The translations under genes were made by a program, and so were the position numbers. From Utricularia gibba (taxonomy: Eukaryota > Plantae > Magnoliophyta), in the NCBI GenBank assembly GCA_002189035.1, contig NEEC01000012.1:2666001-2730000 (forward strand): a DNA stretch of 64,000 nt, written 5' to 3'. Below the pieces are notes generated by a model. That model was not told the origin of the DNA, did no database searches, and saw only the letters and a program-made list of their open reading frames with translations. Positions 43,305 to 56,061 of this stretch are shown piece by piece; position 1 is the stretch's first letter, and each line of letters begins with the position of its first letter.

Positions 43305-43597
43305 GTAGCTACGTTTCATCCTACTTACGCACCAGACTTGAATTCAAACACCCATGTCAACTAACGCTGAACCCCACCTGATTAGCTTTGTTATGTGATT
43401 AGTTTGTTCATCCTTGATGAACGTTCGAATCCTGATAGTTGGAGAGAGATGAGTAGAAGACATTGAATTTCCCTAGAAGCAAACCAGAATGTACTAGAGA
43501 AAAGAAAGCAGCGCAACTATTCAAGGTAAATGAAGTACAACCGAGAACTGGAAATCATGGATCACAAAGGGAAGATGGAACCGAATACCCAAGTTTC

Positions 43598-44029
43598 TCA
43601 AGAACTGGTGAACTTGGTAACAGCTTTGGTTCCTTCTGAAACAGCGTGTTTCGCTAACTCTCCGGGGAGAACAAGTCTCACGGCAGTTTGAATTTCACGG
43701 GATGTGATTGTCGGCTTCTTGTTGTAGCGAGCCAATCGCGACGCTTCTTGAGCCAATTTCTCGAAGATATCGTTAATGAAGCTGTTCATTATCCCCATAG
43801 CTTTGCTGGAGATCCCGATGTCGGGATGCACCTGTTTCAGAACCTTGAAGATGTAGATCTTGTAGGTCTCCGTGGCCTTCTTAATGCGCTTCTTCTTCTT
43901 GTCCGCCGCGGCGGCCCCGACCTCCTTCGGAAGCTTCTTTCCCGCGGCTTTGACCTTCTTCTCTGCGGGAGCCTTCTCCGCCGCGGGCTTCTTCTCTGCC
44001 GGTTTCTTCTCCGCTGCTTTGGGAGCCAT
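43598..44029 (-). CDS. H2B: Histone H2B, intronless
   Basis: [15 protein letters not shown]...[25 protein letters not shown]...[10 protein letters not shown]. Confidence 0.99.
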   Translation of the reverse strand: MAPKAAEKKPAEKKPAAEKAPAEKKVKAAGKKLPKEVGAAAADKKKKRIKKATETYKIYIFKVLKQVHPDIGISSKAMGIMNSFINDIFEKLAQEASRLARYNKKPTITSREIQTAVRLVLPGELAKHAVSEGTKAVTKFTSS

Positions 44030-44109
44030 TTCGACGAGACGCTACTGAATAATGAATCTAAACGACGGCCTTTGCCTTTGGATCTGTGGTAAACGAAGAG
44101 GAGGGGAAA

Positions 44110-44205
44110 GTTCGGAATTTATACGCAAAGGAGGAGGCGTTTGATTGGTTGGATTAGATTCACGCGGATCGTCGTGGTGGAGACGATGCAGCGCTGACGT
44201 GGACG
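44110..44205 (-). promoter_or_regulatory. Canonical plant histone promoter elements
   Basis: TATA-like motif near 44118, CCAAT near 44145, octamer-containing TCACGCGGATC at 44160-44170, hexamer CCACGTCA (minus strand) at 44196-44203. Confidence 0.85.
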
Positions 44206-44340
44206 TCCCAGATTTGCTGGCACATGAAATTCAGCAGGCCAAAAGGTAAACCCTAATAATTCATGCCGCCAAATTCCAAGTGAATTTTAAGATCGAACCG
44301 CTTCGTTTCACGTTGAATTATTTTCTCCAGTCATAAATTA

Positions 44341-44372
<32 letters not shown>

Positions 44373-45257
44373 TAATTAAATAAATGAAAAAATTGGAAAG
44401 CCGAGTCAAGTAAAAGCAACTCCCCTTCTGTCTCTGACCACACCATTTTCTCCGGTGGCGCTTCGGTAAGCTTCTTCAGCTGATCTCCTGCGATTTCCCG
44501 GTGTATGGGTTTATGAAGCTTTCGTGAACTTTAGAATACTTGCCCGGCATGATTACGGGATATCCGATATTGTTTTGTTTGTAGAGTCTGGTGATCGAAT
44601 CGGAATTACTTACGATGGTTAGATCTGGTTGGGTTGGGTACCCCTTTCTCTCCTGAAGTGAAATCACGGATACGCTTATGTTTTTTTGACTTATTGGTTT
44701 TGAGTGTGTTGATTAAAGGTGATTTTTGGGTTTTAATGAGATTGATGATTTTGTTGAATTGGGGCACTCTCGGATCTTGAGGCGAAATTAGAGGCTGTCT
44801 GGTTTTTGGGATTATCAGATTGTTTAGATTTAGACATCATTTGAGTGGCATGTTGGAACGCGATGGTGATCTACTTTATCCTAAGGGAATTGGGTACCTA
44901 AGCTGCTGTGTCTCTGTTGTATGATGTAACGCTTGGATGAGTAAATTGGGATTCTTTCTATGTATTAAAGACTTCTGCTTGACTCCAGCTTTGGGATCAA
45001 ATGTCTTTTTCAGAACCAATATAGACTTTGTTTGTTTAATGGCTGTTGCATTTGTTTGTGAGCCATTTTTGGTCAAGCTGGTGTGGAATTATTCTCTATT
45101 GTTTTATATTTTCGGTAGAGGCGCTGACATCATTGACACTCATTGTTCAAAGCGTGGATTCGGTTCTTTCCGTGTTCTTATGTCTGATTGACATGCTATT
45201 TAAACTGTTGCATGAAATTCACGTACTTGAATTTCATGTGCAGTATTGCTCCAGAAC

Positions 45258-45746
45258 ATGGCAGCCAGCACTAGTCAGAATGGAATTCAACTCCTATTAG
45301 CTGCTGAGCAGGAGGCTCAACATATTGTGAACACTGCTAGAAATGGTTATACACATTTATCTACATTGTAGGATTGGCAGAATGGTTCAAATTTTTATTA
45401 TATATGCCTCTTAAAGATTGGTTTCTCTGTGTAGCAAAACATGCCAGACTTAAGCAAGCCAAGGAGGAAGCTGAGAAGGAAATAGCTGAATTCCGTGCAC
45501 AAATAGAAGCTGAGTTTCAGAGGAAGCTCGCTGAGGTAACTAAATAGTGTTTAGCCTGTAGTAACATACATCATTCTACCCAATCTCTCTTGTTTTGTTC
45601 AGAGTAGTGGTGACTCCGGTGCAAATGTAAAGCGCCTCGAACAAGAAACCGAGGCAAAGATCGAGCATCTGAAGACTCAGGCTTCAAGCGTCTCTCCAGA
45701 GATTGTCTCCTTGCTTATCAGGCATGTTACCACGGTGAAGAACTAA
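45258..45746 (+). CDS. VHA-G: V-ATPase subunit G, 3 coding exons, with an intron in the 5' UTR
   Basis: [23 protein letters not shown]|[21 protein letters not shown]...|[16 protein letters not shown]...VTTVKN*; UTR donor GTAAG near 44466. Confidence 0.96.
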
Positions 45747-46053
45747 ACCATTGGGCTGCTCTGCAACCAGGTCATCCTATCTTATACAATGTGTGATAAA
45801 ATAAACCTTGAGCGAGCCGTGTAATTCTTGATTTGTTTCTCATGCAAACTCTCTGAACAGATAAATCACCTCTTTTCAATTCTACTTTTGTTGTTGGTCT
45901 GTGTCTCCCATGAGTAACATAATCTATATATAAGTTTAGGCCAGTGTTACATGTGAGCTTTGTATGGGCCTGCCCTAACCAGTTTGATGGCATGGGATGA
46001 GCCATTTAGATTAGTTAGGCTGAACCAGTTGTATGGGATGGCCTGGCCTTCGC

Positions 46054-47924
46054 TTATCCGAGGAATGAAGCAATAGGTAGGGACTCCAAGAGGGCCGCAT
46101 TCATAATCTCCCTCTGGAACAAAAAGCAAAGAGCTTGGAGACCATAAATATACAAATGCACACATTGCCCTGTTTGGAGTAGGTTACAGTACCTGCAGCA
46201 ATGCTGTGACTGTGCCTGGGAAGACCTGAGCTGTCATGGAGTACCTGAGATTAGTTCAACTGGTTTGCCACTTGAGGACTAAAGTTCGTTTTTTTCGAAC
46301 CTCGAATTGTTTCTGTGCCACCCCAGAACTAGAATCCTGTAGCTTGGGAACTTGGATGCTCTCCACAGGCTGAACTACTCGCAGGCTGCCTGTAGAACGT
46401 CCAAATCTTAGAGATACAGAACATACATACATTTGAAGAAACAACTCAAAAGGTATTGATTGCGCACTGGTGATGAATGCTTCCAACCAGAGTTCATGGT
46501 TCGACCATGAAGGCGCGGTTTCTCGGAAAGAGATGCTTAGATTTGAGCATATTCTGCACACAGGAAGCACCACACTTCTGTAGTAGTGAAGTAAAGAGTT
46601 CACTTCATTGAAGGCTGGAGTTGGGCTCACTCTTTGATTACTTGGCGTATGACTCCAGGAAGAACACCATCATCTACAGGAGCAGATTGGATTTCAATGT
46701 GCCTCAAGTAATCCAACTGGTTCTGTTCACACAAGGCTTTTTCCTGTGGAATAGTTCTCAGATTAGTCTCAAAACAGCCGACAGAAGCTCTTCTCTTCTC
46801 AATGTACAAACATATGATCTCTAACATTTCTTTTTGCCAGATTGTAGTTAAGCAAACATACTGCTATTGACTCAAAGATGCTCACAGGTGAGGCAATACA
46901 TTCACGCAGATTACAAGCAAAGATTAGGTAATAATTCACATGAATGATCCAAATTTCGCATGCAAAGTTCAGTGTCAATATCAATGGAAGGCAACGTATC
47001 CTCACCCTTAAGCAAACAACAAAAAAGTTCGTCAAGCAACCTTCCAGTATATGATCACCATCATTCGATAACAGAAGTTCTGTAACCGAAGGTGGCCTCA
47101 GTTTCTCCAAACGCTTCCTCACTCTACAGCGAAACAAGGCTAAGGGATTATAGGCAACTACAGTGTCGGGAACACGACACTTTGCAAGAGAAACAACTGC
47201 AAATACACTATCCACCAACCACATAGCAAAAAAACAGCACGAAAATGGTGCAAAGACATGTCCTTTACCTCACCCAATTAGAATGCTTAGCCTTCGCAAA
47301 ATCTCTTCCTTCGCCTACAACCGCCAAGCGTGCTGAATCTTCTTTAGCTCCAAAAGTAGCTGGAGCATAACCACCTAAATGCACGTACACATCCAAAGAC
47401 TCGGAAATGCTGTCTTCATTTACTGGGGTTTTCATTTTCTTTGCCTTGGGTAAATTTCCACTCAAAAGAATGGTAATCGCCAATTCCCCTCTGATTTCCT
47501 ATATTTTGAAGCAAAAGGAATCACCTTTCTCATGGAATCATCAACCAGGGAACGAACCAAAGAGTCCCACATAATGTTTTGACTCGATGCTTTAGAAAAT
47601 GCCGGAGCAACGCCCCCATTACTACAGAACAAAAGTTTCGGGTTTTCCGTAACCAAGAGCTTCAACGAATTTGAGAGCCTCTTCATATGTCTTTCCCAGA
47701 ATAATAACAGTGAGCCATTGTTGTGCGTACGAGTAGTCGTATAAGCACCTAAATACAAAAGCTCAATCACCCTAAATAATCAAGGTCCAAAAGGATTCTC
47801 CAAAGAAATACTCAATGAGAAGAGGCAATGGAAGCCAACCAGGGTATGTTTCCAGCAGAGACGCAACCAAAGGAGATTCCACTGAAGAAACCGAGCCGTT
47901 CTTGAAAAGCAATCCGGACTCCAT
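46054..47924 (-). CDS. Class IV (D-amino-acid aminotransferase-like) PLP-dependent enzyme; apparent -1 frameshift
   Basis: GAYTTTRTHNNG, FWERHMKRL, AKAKHSNWV, ILEGCLTNFFVV, PVDDGVLPGVIRQ, EAFITSSLR; alternative start at 47966. Confidence 0.88.
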
Positions 47925-48332
47925 GAGAGGTGTTTCGAGAGAGAATCTACATGCTCCGTAAGCCATCTGTAATATCAAAATATATATATATATATATATT
48001 GAATGTTTTTTATTCTTATAAATTTATTAAATTTCCATTTTGTTAAAATATGTTTTTGAAATAAATACTAAGATTCTTTCACCATCTTCGGTGGGAATAT
48101 CGTGCATTCACTCACATACAGAGTGCCCACCTTGCTCTTCTCACCAGCAGAATGCATTGTGGGCAGTCATGTGTTTGTTTTTACAGACCAAAAATTGTCT
48201 CAACAGCCATCCCTGACTTTGGTCTGAGTCCCGACCAGCGGATAGCTGGAATATGGACACCCCAGGAGTCAGTTGGTTGTCTGAGCAACGTGGAGTTGTT
48301 GGATTATCAACATTTGTGCAGATGGAGAACTG

Positions 48333-50114
48333 CTAGTCGTCGAGGTATTCGTCGGCGGCGAGCCTGCGGGCATACCCTGCTAACGATACGGCGGCGATTT
48401 CTCGGCCGTATCTCCAGATGTAGTTCAATCCGACAAGAAGCTCAGTGATCACTGCCTCTGTTTTCTCCTGGTTTGCAAAGTAGAGTGTCTGCACAAGAAG
48501 CACATTCGTCCGGGTGCTGGAGTTCTGGTGCTCGAAGCTCCGTTCTGACTGCCATTTTATCATGCTGTGAGCAAGAGGAGATAACCAGTCGAGTATTCTC
48601 TGTATTGCATCACTCCATTCCCCTGCAAGAGCAGTATCGCTGACGGATGCTGTGAGGCTCTTAGCATATGGTTTCAGTTTATCCCGGAGGGCGATCCGGA
48701 TGCGAGCTGGTAGCATGCTGTACAGATCCTTCCTCGTGTCTTGGCCGATTAGATGCGGCGAGACGATCAGTTTCTCAATGAACACGATGATGTTGGCGTA
48801 GTGAATAGCCAATGCTGCAGCTCCGAGGGTCTCCGGAGGCGGGTTCAGAATCTTGCTCTTCGAAGAAGACACTGAAGAGTCTCCATGGCTTGAGCCTCCA
48901 TTGAAACGTGCCTTGAAACCAGTATCTTGGGTTCCGTCCGGCGGGTGCAGAGACTGATCACCGGAATTCATGTAGCTTGTGCTAACCAGAGAACTGTCAT
49001 ACGAAAATCCAGGGAGAGGTGATGACGCCATAGCTGATCCACCAGGAACTTGCAAATCCTGGGACTTGCCACGGGTTGGCCATAGTTGGAAACGGCCCTT
49101 GCCTTTTCTAGACACAGAGCTAGACACAGAGCTTGATTTTACAGACAGCACCTTAAGCGGCCCGGAATAGAAGCTAAAGCCACTGTGCTTCTCAGGAGGG
49201 TTAGATGAAGCCTCCATGTTCCAGAGAGGACCTGACTGAAAATTCACTCCCCTCATTTTTACAGAAAGAGGACCGGAGACAGAAACCGGACGCCCTGATG
49301 GAGTTGAAGAATTTCTCAGTGCCGAATTTTCAAAAGGGTAAACGGAGGATTGCGCAAATAAGGTTGAAAGGCTTGGTCTACTACTATGAGCTGATGCACC
49401 GGCAGACCTCATGACAGCAGCATGGTTGATCCCAAAGACATGCTCAATCCTACCATGTATAGAGAACACAGATGTTGCAAGTAGAAGAACTGTATAATCG
49501 TATGTTCGATTCCAAAGAGATTTTTCCTTGAGATGCTTCACCACTTGCTGCTTCAATGTGAGCCTCTTTTCATATTCAACAAAACTGATGGCATCCGCAC
49601 TATCATTATTCTTGATTCTCCTATAAGATTGATCAATATCCGCCAGAATCTCCATTTCCTGATACAGATTCGAATTCATTACAGTAAACTGCTGCATTTT
49701 CTGAAAGTTCTTCTCCATCTTCTTCCATGGCAATTGCCAACCAAAAGGGTCCAGTCCAATGTTGATCAGATCATTGAATGCCGACTCAAAGCTTCTCAAC
49801 AGGGGACTATTGCATTTCTTCGACAAACGGGCAACATCCTTTACAATACGTACTAAATTATCAGCCATTTCAGCACAAATTAACCTGGCAATGTAATCAT
49901 CATTCTCGGAGACAAGCTTCTTAATGCCTATAGAGTTTGATATATCCTCTCTCAACCGAGCAACACGCCTATCGGTCAACAACTGCCAGAGCTGCAGCAG
50001 CTTGGTCATCAACCCTGAAGCTTCAAAAGCTAAAACACCAATCCTCTCTTCTGAAGCTTTAGACCCAGGCTTCTTCAAAGTCAACAAGTTTTTGAACCAT
50101 GACTGAGCCACCAT
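48333..50114 (-). CDS. DUF3475/DUF668 protein (PSK SIMULATOR-like), intronless CDS
   Basis: IGVLAFEASGLMTKL, KSLWNRTYD, TLGAAALAIHYANII, WLSPLAHSMIKWQSERSFEH, QTLYFANQEKTEAVITELLVGL. Confidence 0.93.
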   Translation of the reverse strand: MVAQSWFKNLLTLKKPGSKASEERIGVLAFEASGLMTKLLQLWQLLTDRRVARLREDISNSIGIKKLVSENDDYIARLICAEMADNLVRIVKDVARLSKKCNSPLLRSFESAFNDLINIGLDPFGWQLPWKKMEKNFQKMQQFTVMNSNLYQEMEILADIDQSYRRIKNNDSADAISFVEYEKRLTLKQQVVKHLKEKSLWNRTYDYTVLLLATSVFSIHGRIEHVFGINHAAVMRSAGASAHSSRPSLSTLFAQSSVYPFENSALRNSSTPSGRPVSVSGPLSVKMRGVNFQSGPLWNMEASSNPPEKHSGFSFYSGPLKVLSVKSSSVSSSVSRKGKGRFQLWPTRGKSQDLQVPGGSAMASSPLPGFSYDSSLVSTSYMNSGDQSLHPPDGTQDTGFKARFNGGSSHGDSSVSSSKSKILNPPPETLGAAALAIHYANIIVFIEKLIVSPHLIGQDTRKDLYSMLPARIRIALRDKLKPYAKSLTASVSDTALAGEWSDAIQRILDWLSPLAHSMIKWQSERSFEHQNSSTRTNVLLVQTLYFANQEKTEAVITELLVGLNYIWRYGREIAAVSLAGYARRLAADEYLDD

Positions 50115-53100
50115 GTTACAAGTCAACTAGATCAGCAAGAGCTGATCTCCAATGATATTTAGAGAGACCTCTTTGTTCTGCACAAAGTTAAAAATTTTCA
50201 GAACACAAACAAATCATGAAATAATGACAGAAGAGGTTCCTTTCCCAGTTATCATTAACCAGCACAAGGATCAATTTTCGTTCAGGCTCCTTTTCATCCC
50301 AACAAATGAAACCAGTAGCTAAGAAATATCACAGGGGCACAACAAACTTAAACCAAAGTCAAAAACACGAAAAATAAAAGCAACAATCAGATACCATACG
50401 TTACCAAATACACAAGCCAGCTCAAGCAGCAGCAAAAGTCCAAGAAAAAACACTCTCCCCAACTCCCATCACATATTTCCAATACCCACATAAAAAGACA
50501 AGAAACTGAAACTCCAATCACACTCCCAACAAAGCCTTATTTAGGCAAAAGGATGGGAACACGGCTACAGACACTTACTGTGCTTCTTCAAGCAGGAACC
50601 AAGGAAACTTGTCCGATGAAATTGAAGAAGAATCAAGGAGGGGTAGAGCAGAATGGAAACACGACCGTGAGAAATCACAAGAGTCCAACTCAATGACTAG
50701 ATGCCGGCGCGACCGGGGAAAGTCCAAAACCGTGTGACATTTATGAAACTGAAAGGGAACGCATTTACTCATTTTCACATTTTCCCCCCAACTTTTTCCT
50801 CTTATCATTTTTTCTACCCCAAAACCTTACCTTCATTAACAAAATAAATCACTTTTTTTCAATAAACAAATCCTCTTAATTATCATACGTCACTTTTTCG
50901 ATATATGACGTATGCCTTCGCGTTGCATTCAATTTTCAGGTTACCTGTCTTGAGTTCCTCTATTTTAAAATAATACATGAAAATAAATAAAACATTTTAA
51001 TATTACTATTTTAATTACAATATCTATCTAATTCCTTATCACTTCATTTTTCTGTTTTAAAAAATTAAGCCAGGTCAAGTCTTCAAAGGGGTGTTCACAT
51101 CCCATCTCTATCCGTATTTGAAAACAAAATTATTATCACATCCGTAAAATAAAATATCAATTTTTATATTTTTTATTTTCAAAAATTCTCAATAATATTC
51201 TTTTATTGTTAAATATTATATTTTTTTTAACAATGTTGTATCATAGAATATGAAAATTAAATTCATTACTTTAAATTACTTTGTCTCGAATAATAATATT
51301 TCTACTTTTAAATAAAAAATAACTATAATCTTAAATAAAATAATAAATTTAATTAAAAAAATTCAATAAATTTATATATAGATAATTAAATAGAATATAG
51401 AATTCGTATTTTAATGTGAATATATTCGTAAAAAAATATTAATCGAATATCTGTAATTTCTGAAATTAAATGGAAAATATGGGGACGAGGAACGAATAAC
51501 AGAGGAATTGGGGGTGCAAACTGCAAAGGGAAACTTGAGGACGCAATTGGACTCGGTAATCATTACCGGCGCCCACGCGGGCCCCCTGATAATGTTTGTG
51601 AGCCTAAAACTGACTTTGACAATATTTTTTAAAATAAATATTGGTAATATTTGTAAATTTAAAAGTGGAACTAAATAAAATGAATGGGTGGAATGGTTTT
51701 ATTTAAGAATAATATATATTAAAAGAAAATATATGATATAATTAAGTACTATTCTAACCTCGGTTTCAACGATTCTGAATACCAACAAACGGGGTTAGGT
51801 TCATGAGTGGGTAAGATTTAGGTAGATTATTGCTTACATAAATAAATAAATACTAATAATTGGACCAACTCCAACGGACTGAATTTTGCGGGCTCGACAG
51901 GGAGACAATGTGTGATGAGCTAATTGGGCCAGGCCCGAAAGGCATTCGGGTCTTGAAAAAATGGGCTGAATTCCAGAATTGCCCAGATATGGAGGATCCA
52001 TTTTGTGAAGATGGATCCTGATGAAGTATACCTGCAATAGAACTCAATGGAAGGGAGTTTGCTGCAAGCTTACAGAGATTCTTGGTACAGGAAAACATGG
52101 AAATTTCAGAAACTGCTGATAGCCCAGAAAACACTCTCACTCTCCGGCTCTCTTCATCCTGAAAAACCAGAAAATGGAGTGTGGTGGTGATGGGAGTTGA
52201 GGGTTGGGGTACCCCCACAGGCCCACACCAACAGTTCAAAGTTATGGCATTCCATTGAAAAAACAGAAGGCTCCTGGAGGCCTAAACATAAATGCCAAGG
52301 ACAAAGGTTTCCTTTACAAAAGCAATTTTTAATGGCTATCAAGTATCAACGCTTCTGAACTGTTTCCTTAAAGGTCTCCTCCAAACGAAAAATACAGCTT
52401 CATCCCCAAATTTCACACAGAATGTAAGCAACCCAATCTCAAATCCTTTAAGAAATAAGCCCACCACCATTATCAGCTTCTAAACCCGAATTCACAATTT
52501 GGAAAGCATCGAAGTAAATGCAGCACGCACCAAACTCCTCCCGCTCTCGCTATTTCGAGGCACGGAATATAGACTCCACACTGACTTACCCTTGATGAAG
52601 GTCAATACTGGGACAGCCTCCATCACCCTCGATCCTAAGAAAATAGCCTCCATGGACCTAGAGGCGATTGCGAAGGAGGCTACCGCAATCCCGTGGGTTG
52701 CATTAGGGTTTCCTTCCAGCGGCTCCCACAGGAAAGAGGCGATTGTACTGTACACACACAGCCAGCTAACTGCAATGTGTTGCACTGCATGTGTGGAGTA
52801 AATGAATCCGCGACGGTGGAGGCTACCAATTTTAGGTCGGGCACCCCCAAATCATTTTTAATTATGAATAATTAATACAACGCAAAATCAAAATTTATAA
52901 TTTAATTAATGATTATTTTAGTAATTTATATTTAAAATATATAAATCTTAAAAAATACTACTTTAAAATAAATTAATTAATTAAAACTAAAAGAAGTAAA
53001 TAATAGAATCGCTTTAATAAACTATACAAATAGGTTTCCACAAATTGTTATTTTAAGACGTAAATACAACTCCTAAGTACGAGCATCTCAAACATTTATA

Positions 53101-54228
53101 GAAATAAATTGTGCGCATGTTAGCAATCCCAGCTCATCATACTTTTAATTGAATGTTACCCGTTATTGTACTTGGCATTTGCCACCCCAAGCCCCCAACC
53201 CCCAACTACGCTAATTATTGACAATTAGGTCCCGTGGAATCATGGGGCAGCCCCTCGCTTTGACCAAAACCCACTCACTTCGAGTGTCAATTCAATTTTA
53301 GATATTTTTTATTTGTTTCGAACATCTAATTTTTCATATGTTTATTCATAATCAATACAAAATATAGTCATTATATTGACGAAGGTTTACACAAGCAACA
53401 AAAAGGGATTCTCATATCTGGTTTGTGAAAGATTAGGATATGGAGTTGTTATCCAATGGATCTAACGATTATACCTTAAGTTTAAGTATATAAGAAATAT
53501 GGTTTGTGAAAATTTCGGTTATTAGATTATTGAAACTAAAAATCCAATCAATATGTGACACTTATGTTGAAATTCAGAATTCGATGGATAGAATGATCAC
53601 ACACGTGAAGTTCGAATACATAAAAAACATGAATAACAATAAAAAAGATTAGATACAATCTACTAATTGTGATATGTAGTTTCTTATATAATTGAATATT
53701 ATATTTTTATTTTTCAATGTGAGATTGTATATTTTAACAACATAAACATATAATAAATATGATTTATATTAGAAAAAATTAGATATAATTCACAATTTTT
53801 TTGTATATGGCTAATATTATTCTGTATTGGCACATGGTGTCAATGGAGGAAAAAGGGTGTTGGGAGATTCCATTTGGGAGGTTTTGGGTGTCTAAATGAG
53901 CATGTAATGCGGTAAGAAATGGTGTGATTTTGAAAGATGATTCCTCATTCAGAATGTCTGAAAAATAAGTGTATTGAATAATTTTGCTTGGAAAATACAT
54001 GGAAATAGGGAGACCCTCCCGGCGCGAGTGAAGATGCAGATGCGGCATCAAAAGCAGATATGGCGGACAGGTATGAGATTTATGAACAGCGCCACGGCCT
54101 TAAATGAAACCCACCAACAATTTCCGGCGCTCATCGCTACAAAAGCTACTCCTCCTCCTTCCTCCACTCTCAAACCAGCCATCGTTCAAGAACCTGGATC
54201 GAATCTGCTTCTAGTCGTCTCTGTGGAA

Positions 54229-55748
54229 ATGATTCATCGTCCCTCGCCCCCTACTACCACCTTATCTTCACTGCACTCGCATTTCTGCTCTTCTCGGTCG
54301 TCTTCCTTGCGACCCGGAAGACGACGGCCAAGAAGCTGAGGCTCCCACCTGGGCCGCCGGGGCAGCCCTTCGTCGGTAATCTGTTTCAGGTGGCTCGTTC
54401 CGGGAAGCCATTCTTTCAGTATGTTAGGGAGCTGGTTCCTGAGTATGGGCCTATTTTTACTCTGAGAATGGGAACCAGGACTATGATCATAGTCACTAGT
54501 AATGAGTTGGCGCACGAAGCTTTGATCGAGAAGGGCCAGGTTTTCGCGTCTCGATCCAGCGAGACTCCGACGAGGACGATTTTCAGTTGCAACAAGTTTA
54601 CCATCAATGCTTCTTTGTACGGCCCTGTTTGGAGGTCTCTGAGGAGAAATATGGTTCAGAATATGCTTACGCCGGCGAGGTTGAGTGGGTTCCGGGATAC
54701 CAGACAGGCGGCAATGGATAAGCTTGTGGGGAGGCTCAGGGCGGAGGCCGCCGCGAACGACGGGAATGTCTGGGTGCTGAGAAATACGAGGTTTGTGGTG
54801 TTTGGGATTCTTCTGTTCATGTGTTTTGGGTTGGATATGGACGAAGAAACCATTGTTAAGGTGGACGAAATCATGAAGGCTGTTCTCATTGCTCTGGATC
54901 CAAGAATCGATGATTTTCTGCCGATCTTGAGCATCTTCTTCTCCAAGCAACGGAAATGGGTGAAAGAAGTGAGGAGAAAGCAGATCGAGACAATGCTCCC
55001 GTTGATGGAGCGTCGCCGGAACGCGATTCGGAATCCAGGGAACGACAAACGCGCCGCCGCGTTCGCGTACATGGACACGCTCTTCGATCTGAAAATCGAG
55101 GGGAGGAAGTCATCTCCTTCCGATCTGGAAATCCTAACACTCTGCTCAGAATTCGTCAACGGCGGGACCGACACAACCGCCACCGCCGTCGAATGGGGCA
55201 TGGCGGAATTGATCCGACACCCAGAAATCCAATCCAAGCTCTACGACGAAATCAAGTCCACCGTCGGATCCCGAACCGTCGACGAGAGGGATCTCGAGAA
55301 ATTGCCCTACTTAAACGCCGTCGTGAAAGAGATCCTTCGCAAACACCCTCCCACTTACTTCACCCTCACCCACTCCGTGACGGAGCCAGCGAAGCTCGGT
55401 GGCTACGACATTTCCCCAGGCACCAACGTCGAGTTCTTCAGCGCCGGGATCGCAGAGGATCCGAAAGTATGGTCCGACCCGGAGAAGTTCGACCCGGAAA
55501 GATTCTTCTCAAATCGCGAGGATGCCGACATCACGGGCGTCGCCGGTGTGAAGATGCTCCCCTTCGGCGCTGGGCGGCGCATCTGCCCCGGCCTGGGGAT
55601 CGGGACCCTGCACATACGGCTCACTCTGGCAAGGATGGTCCAGGAGTTCGAGTGGTCCGGGAACCCGGATATGACCGAGAAACTGGAATTCACCGTGGTG
55701 ATGAAGAATCCTCTGAGAGCCAAGATCAAGCCCAGAAACGCTGCTTAA
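54229..55748 (+). CDS. CYP77A: Cytochrome P450 CYP77A subfamily, intronless; start codon out of frame by 1 nt
   Basis: TM anchor, LPPGPPG, NLFQVARSGK, NGGTDTTAT, EILR, DPERF, PFGAGRRICPG. Confidence 0.93.
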
Positions 55749-56061
55749 CAGCACCGGAAACTCCATCATCATCCTCCTACACATCAGCCTCCTAGTGTTG
55801 TGTTGCTGCGCCTCAATGGATTTCTGCAATTACAAACAGTTATTAGTGCAACCCTTGTTACAATTTCGCTCCAATACTCCTAGTAATAATAATAATAATA
55901 ATTTAAATTAAATAGGGTTTAGGGTTTAGCGAGGAAATTGTAGATACTTCTGACAAATTTCAAAAAACTGGATAACATGCATAAATATCAAGAGCCATCA
56001 GAAATATCTGGTGGTCCCGTTCAAAGAGGGGCTATTACGGTAATTTCACCTTGGCATGGAT

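Noticed and set aside
43423-43433. GTTCGAATCC tRNA T-loop motif
   Set aside because: Flanks do not form a T-stem, acceptor stem or D-arm.
51911-51970. Possible C/D snoRNA (GTGATGA...CTGA)
   Set aside because: Very short, no terminal stem and no rRNA guide complementarity that I could recognise.
52700-52720. AAACCCTAA as a possible telomerase RNA template in the unannotated locus
   Set aside because: No upstream USE (TCCCACATCG) and TATA Pol III promoter, and the locus looks spliced, unlike plant telomerase RNA.
54234-55829. Long alternative-frame and antisense ORFs over CYP77A (e.g. 54956-55795 +, 54234-54950 -, 54656-55237 -)
   Set aside because: Shadow ORFs of a GC-rich coding region with no recognisable motifs; the same applies to those over hyccin, H2B, GA20ox and the CYP706-like gene.
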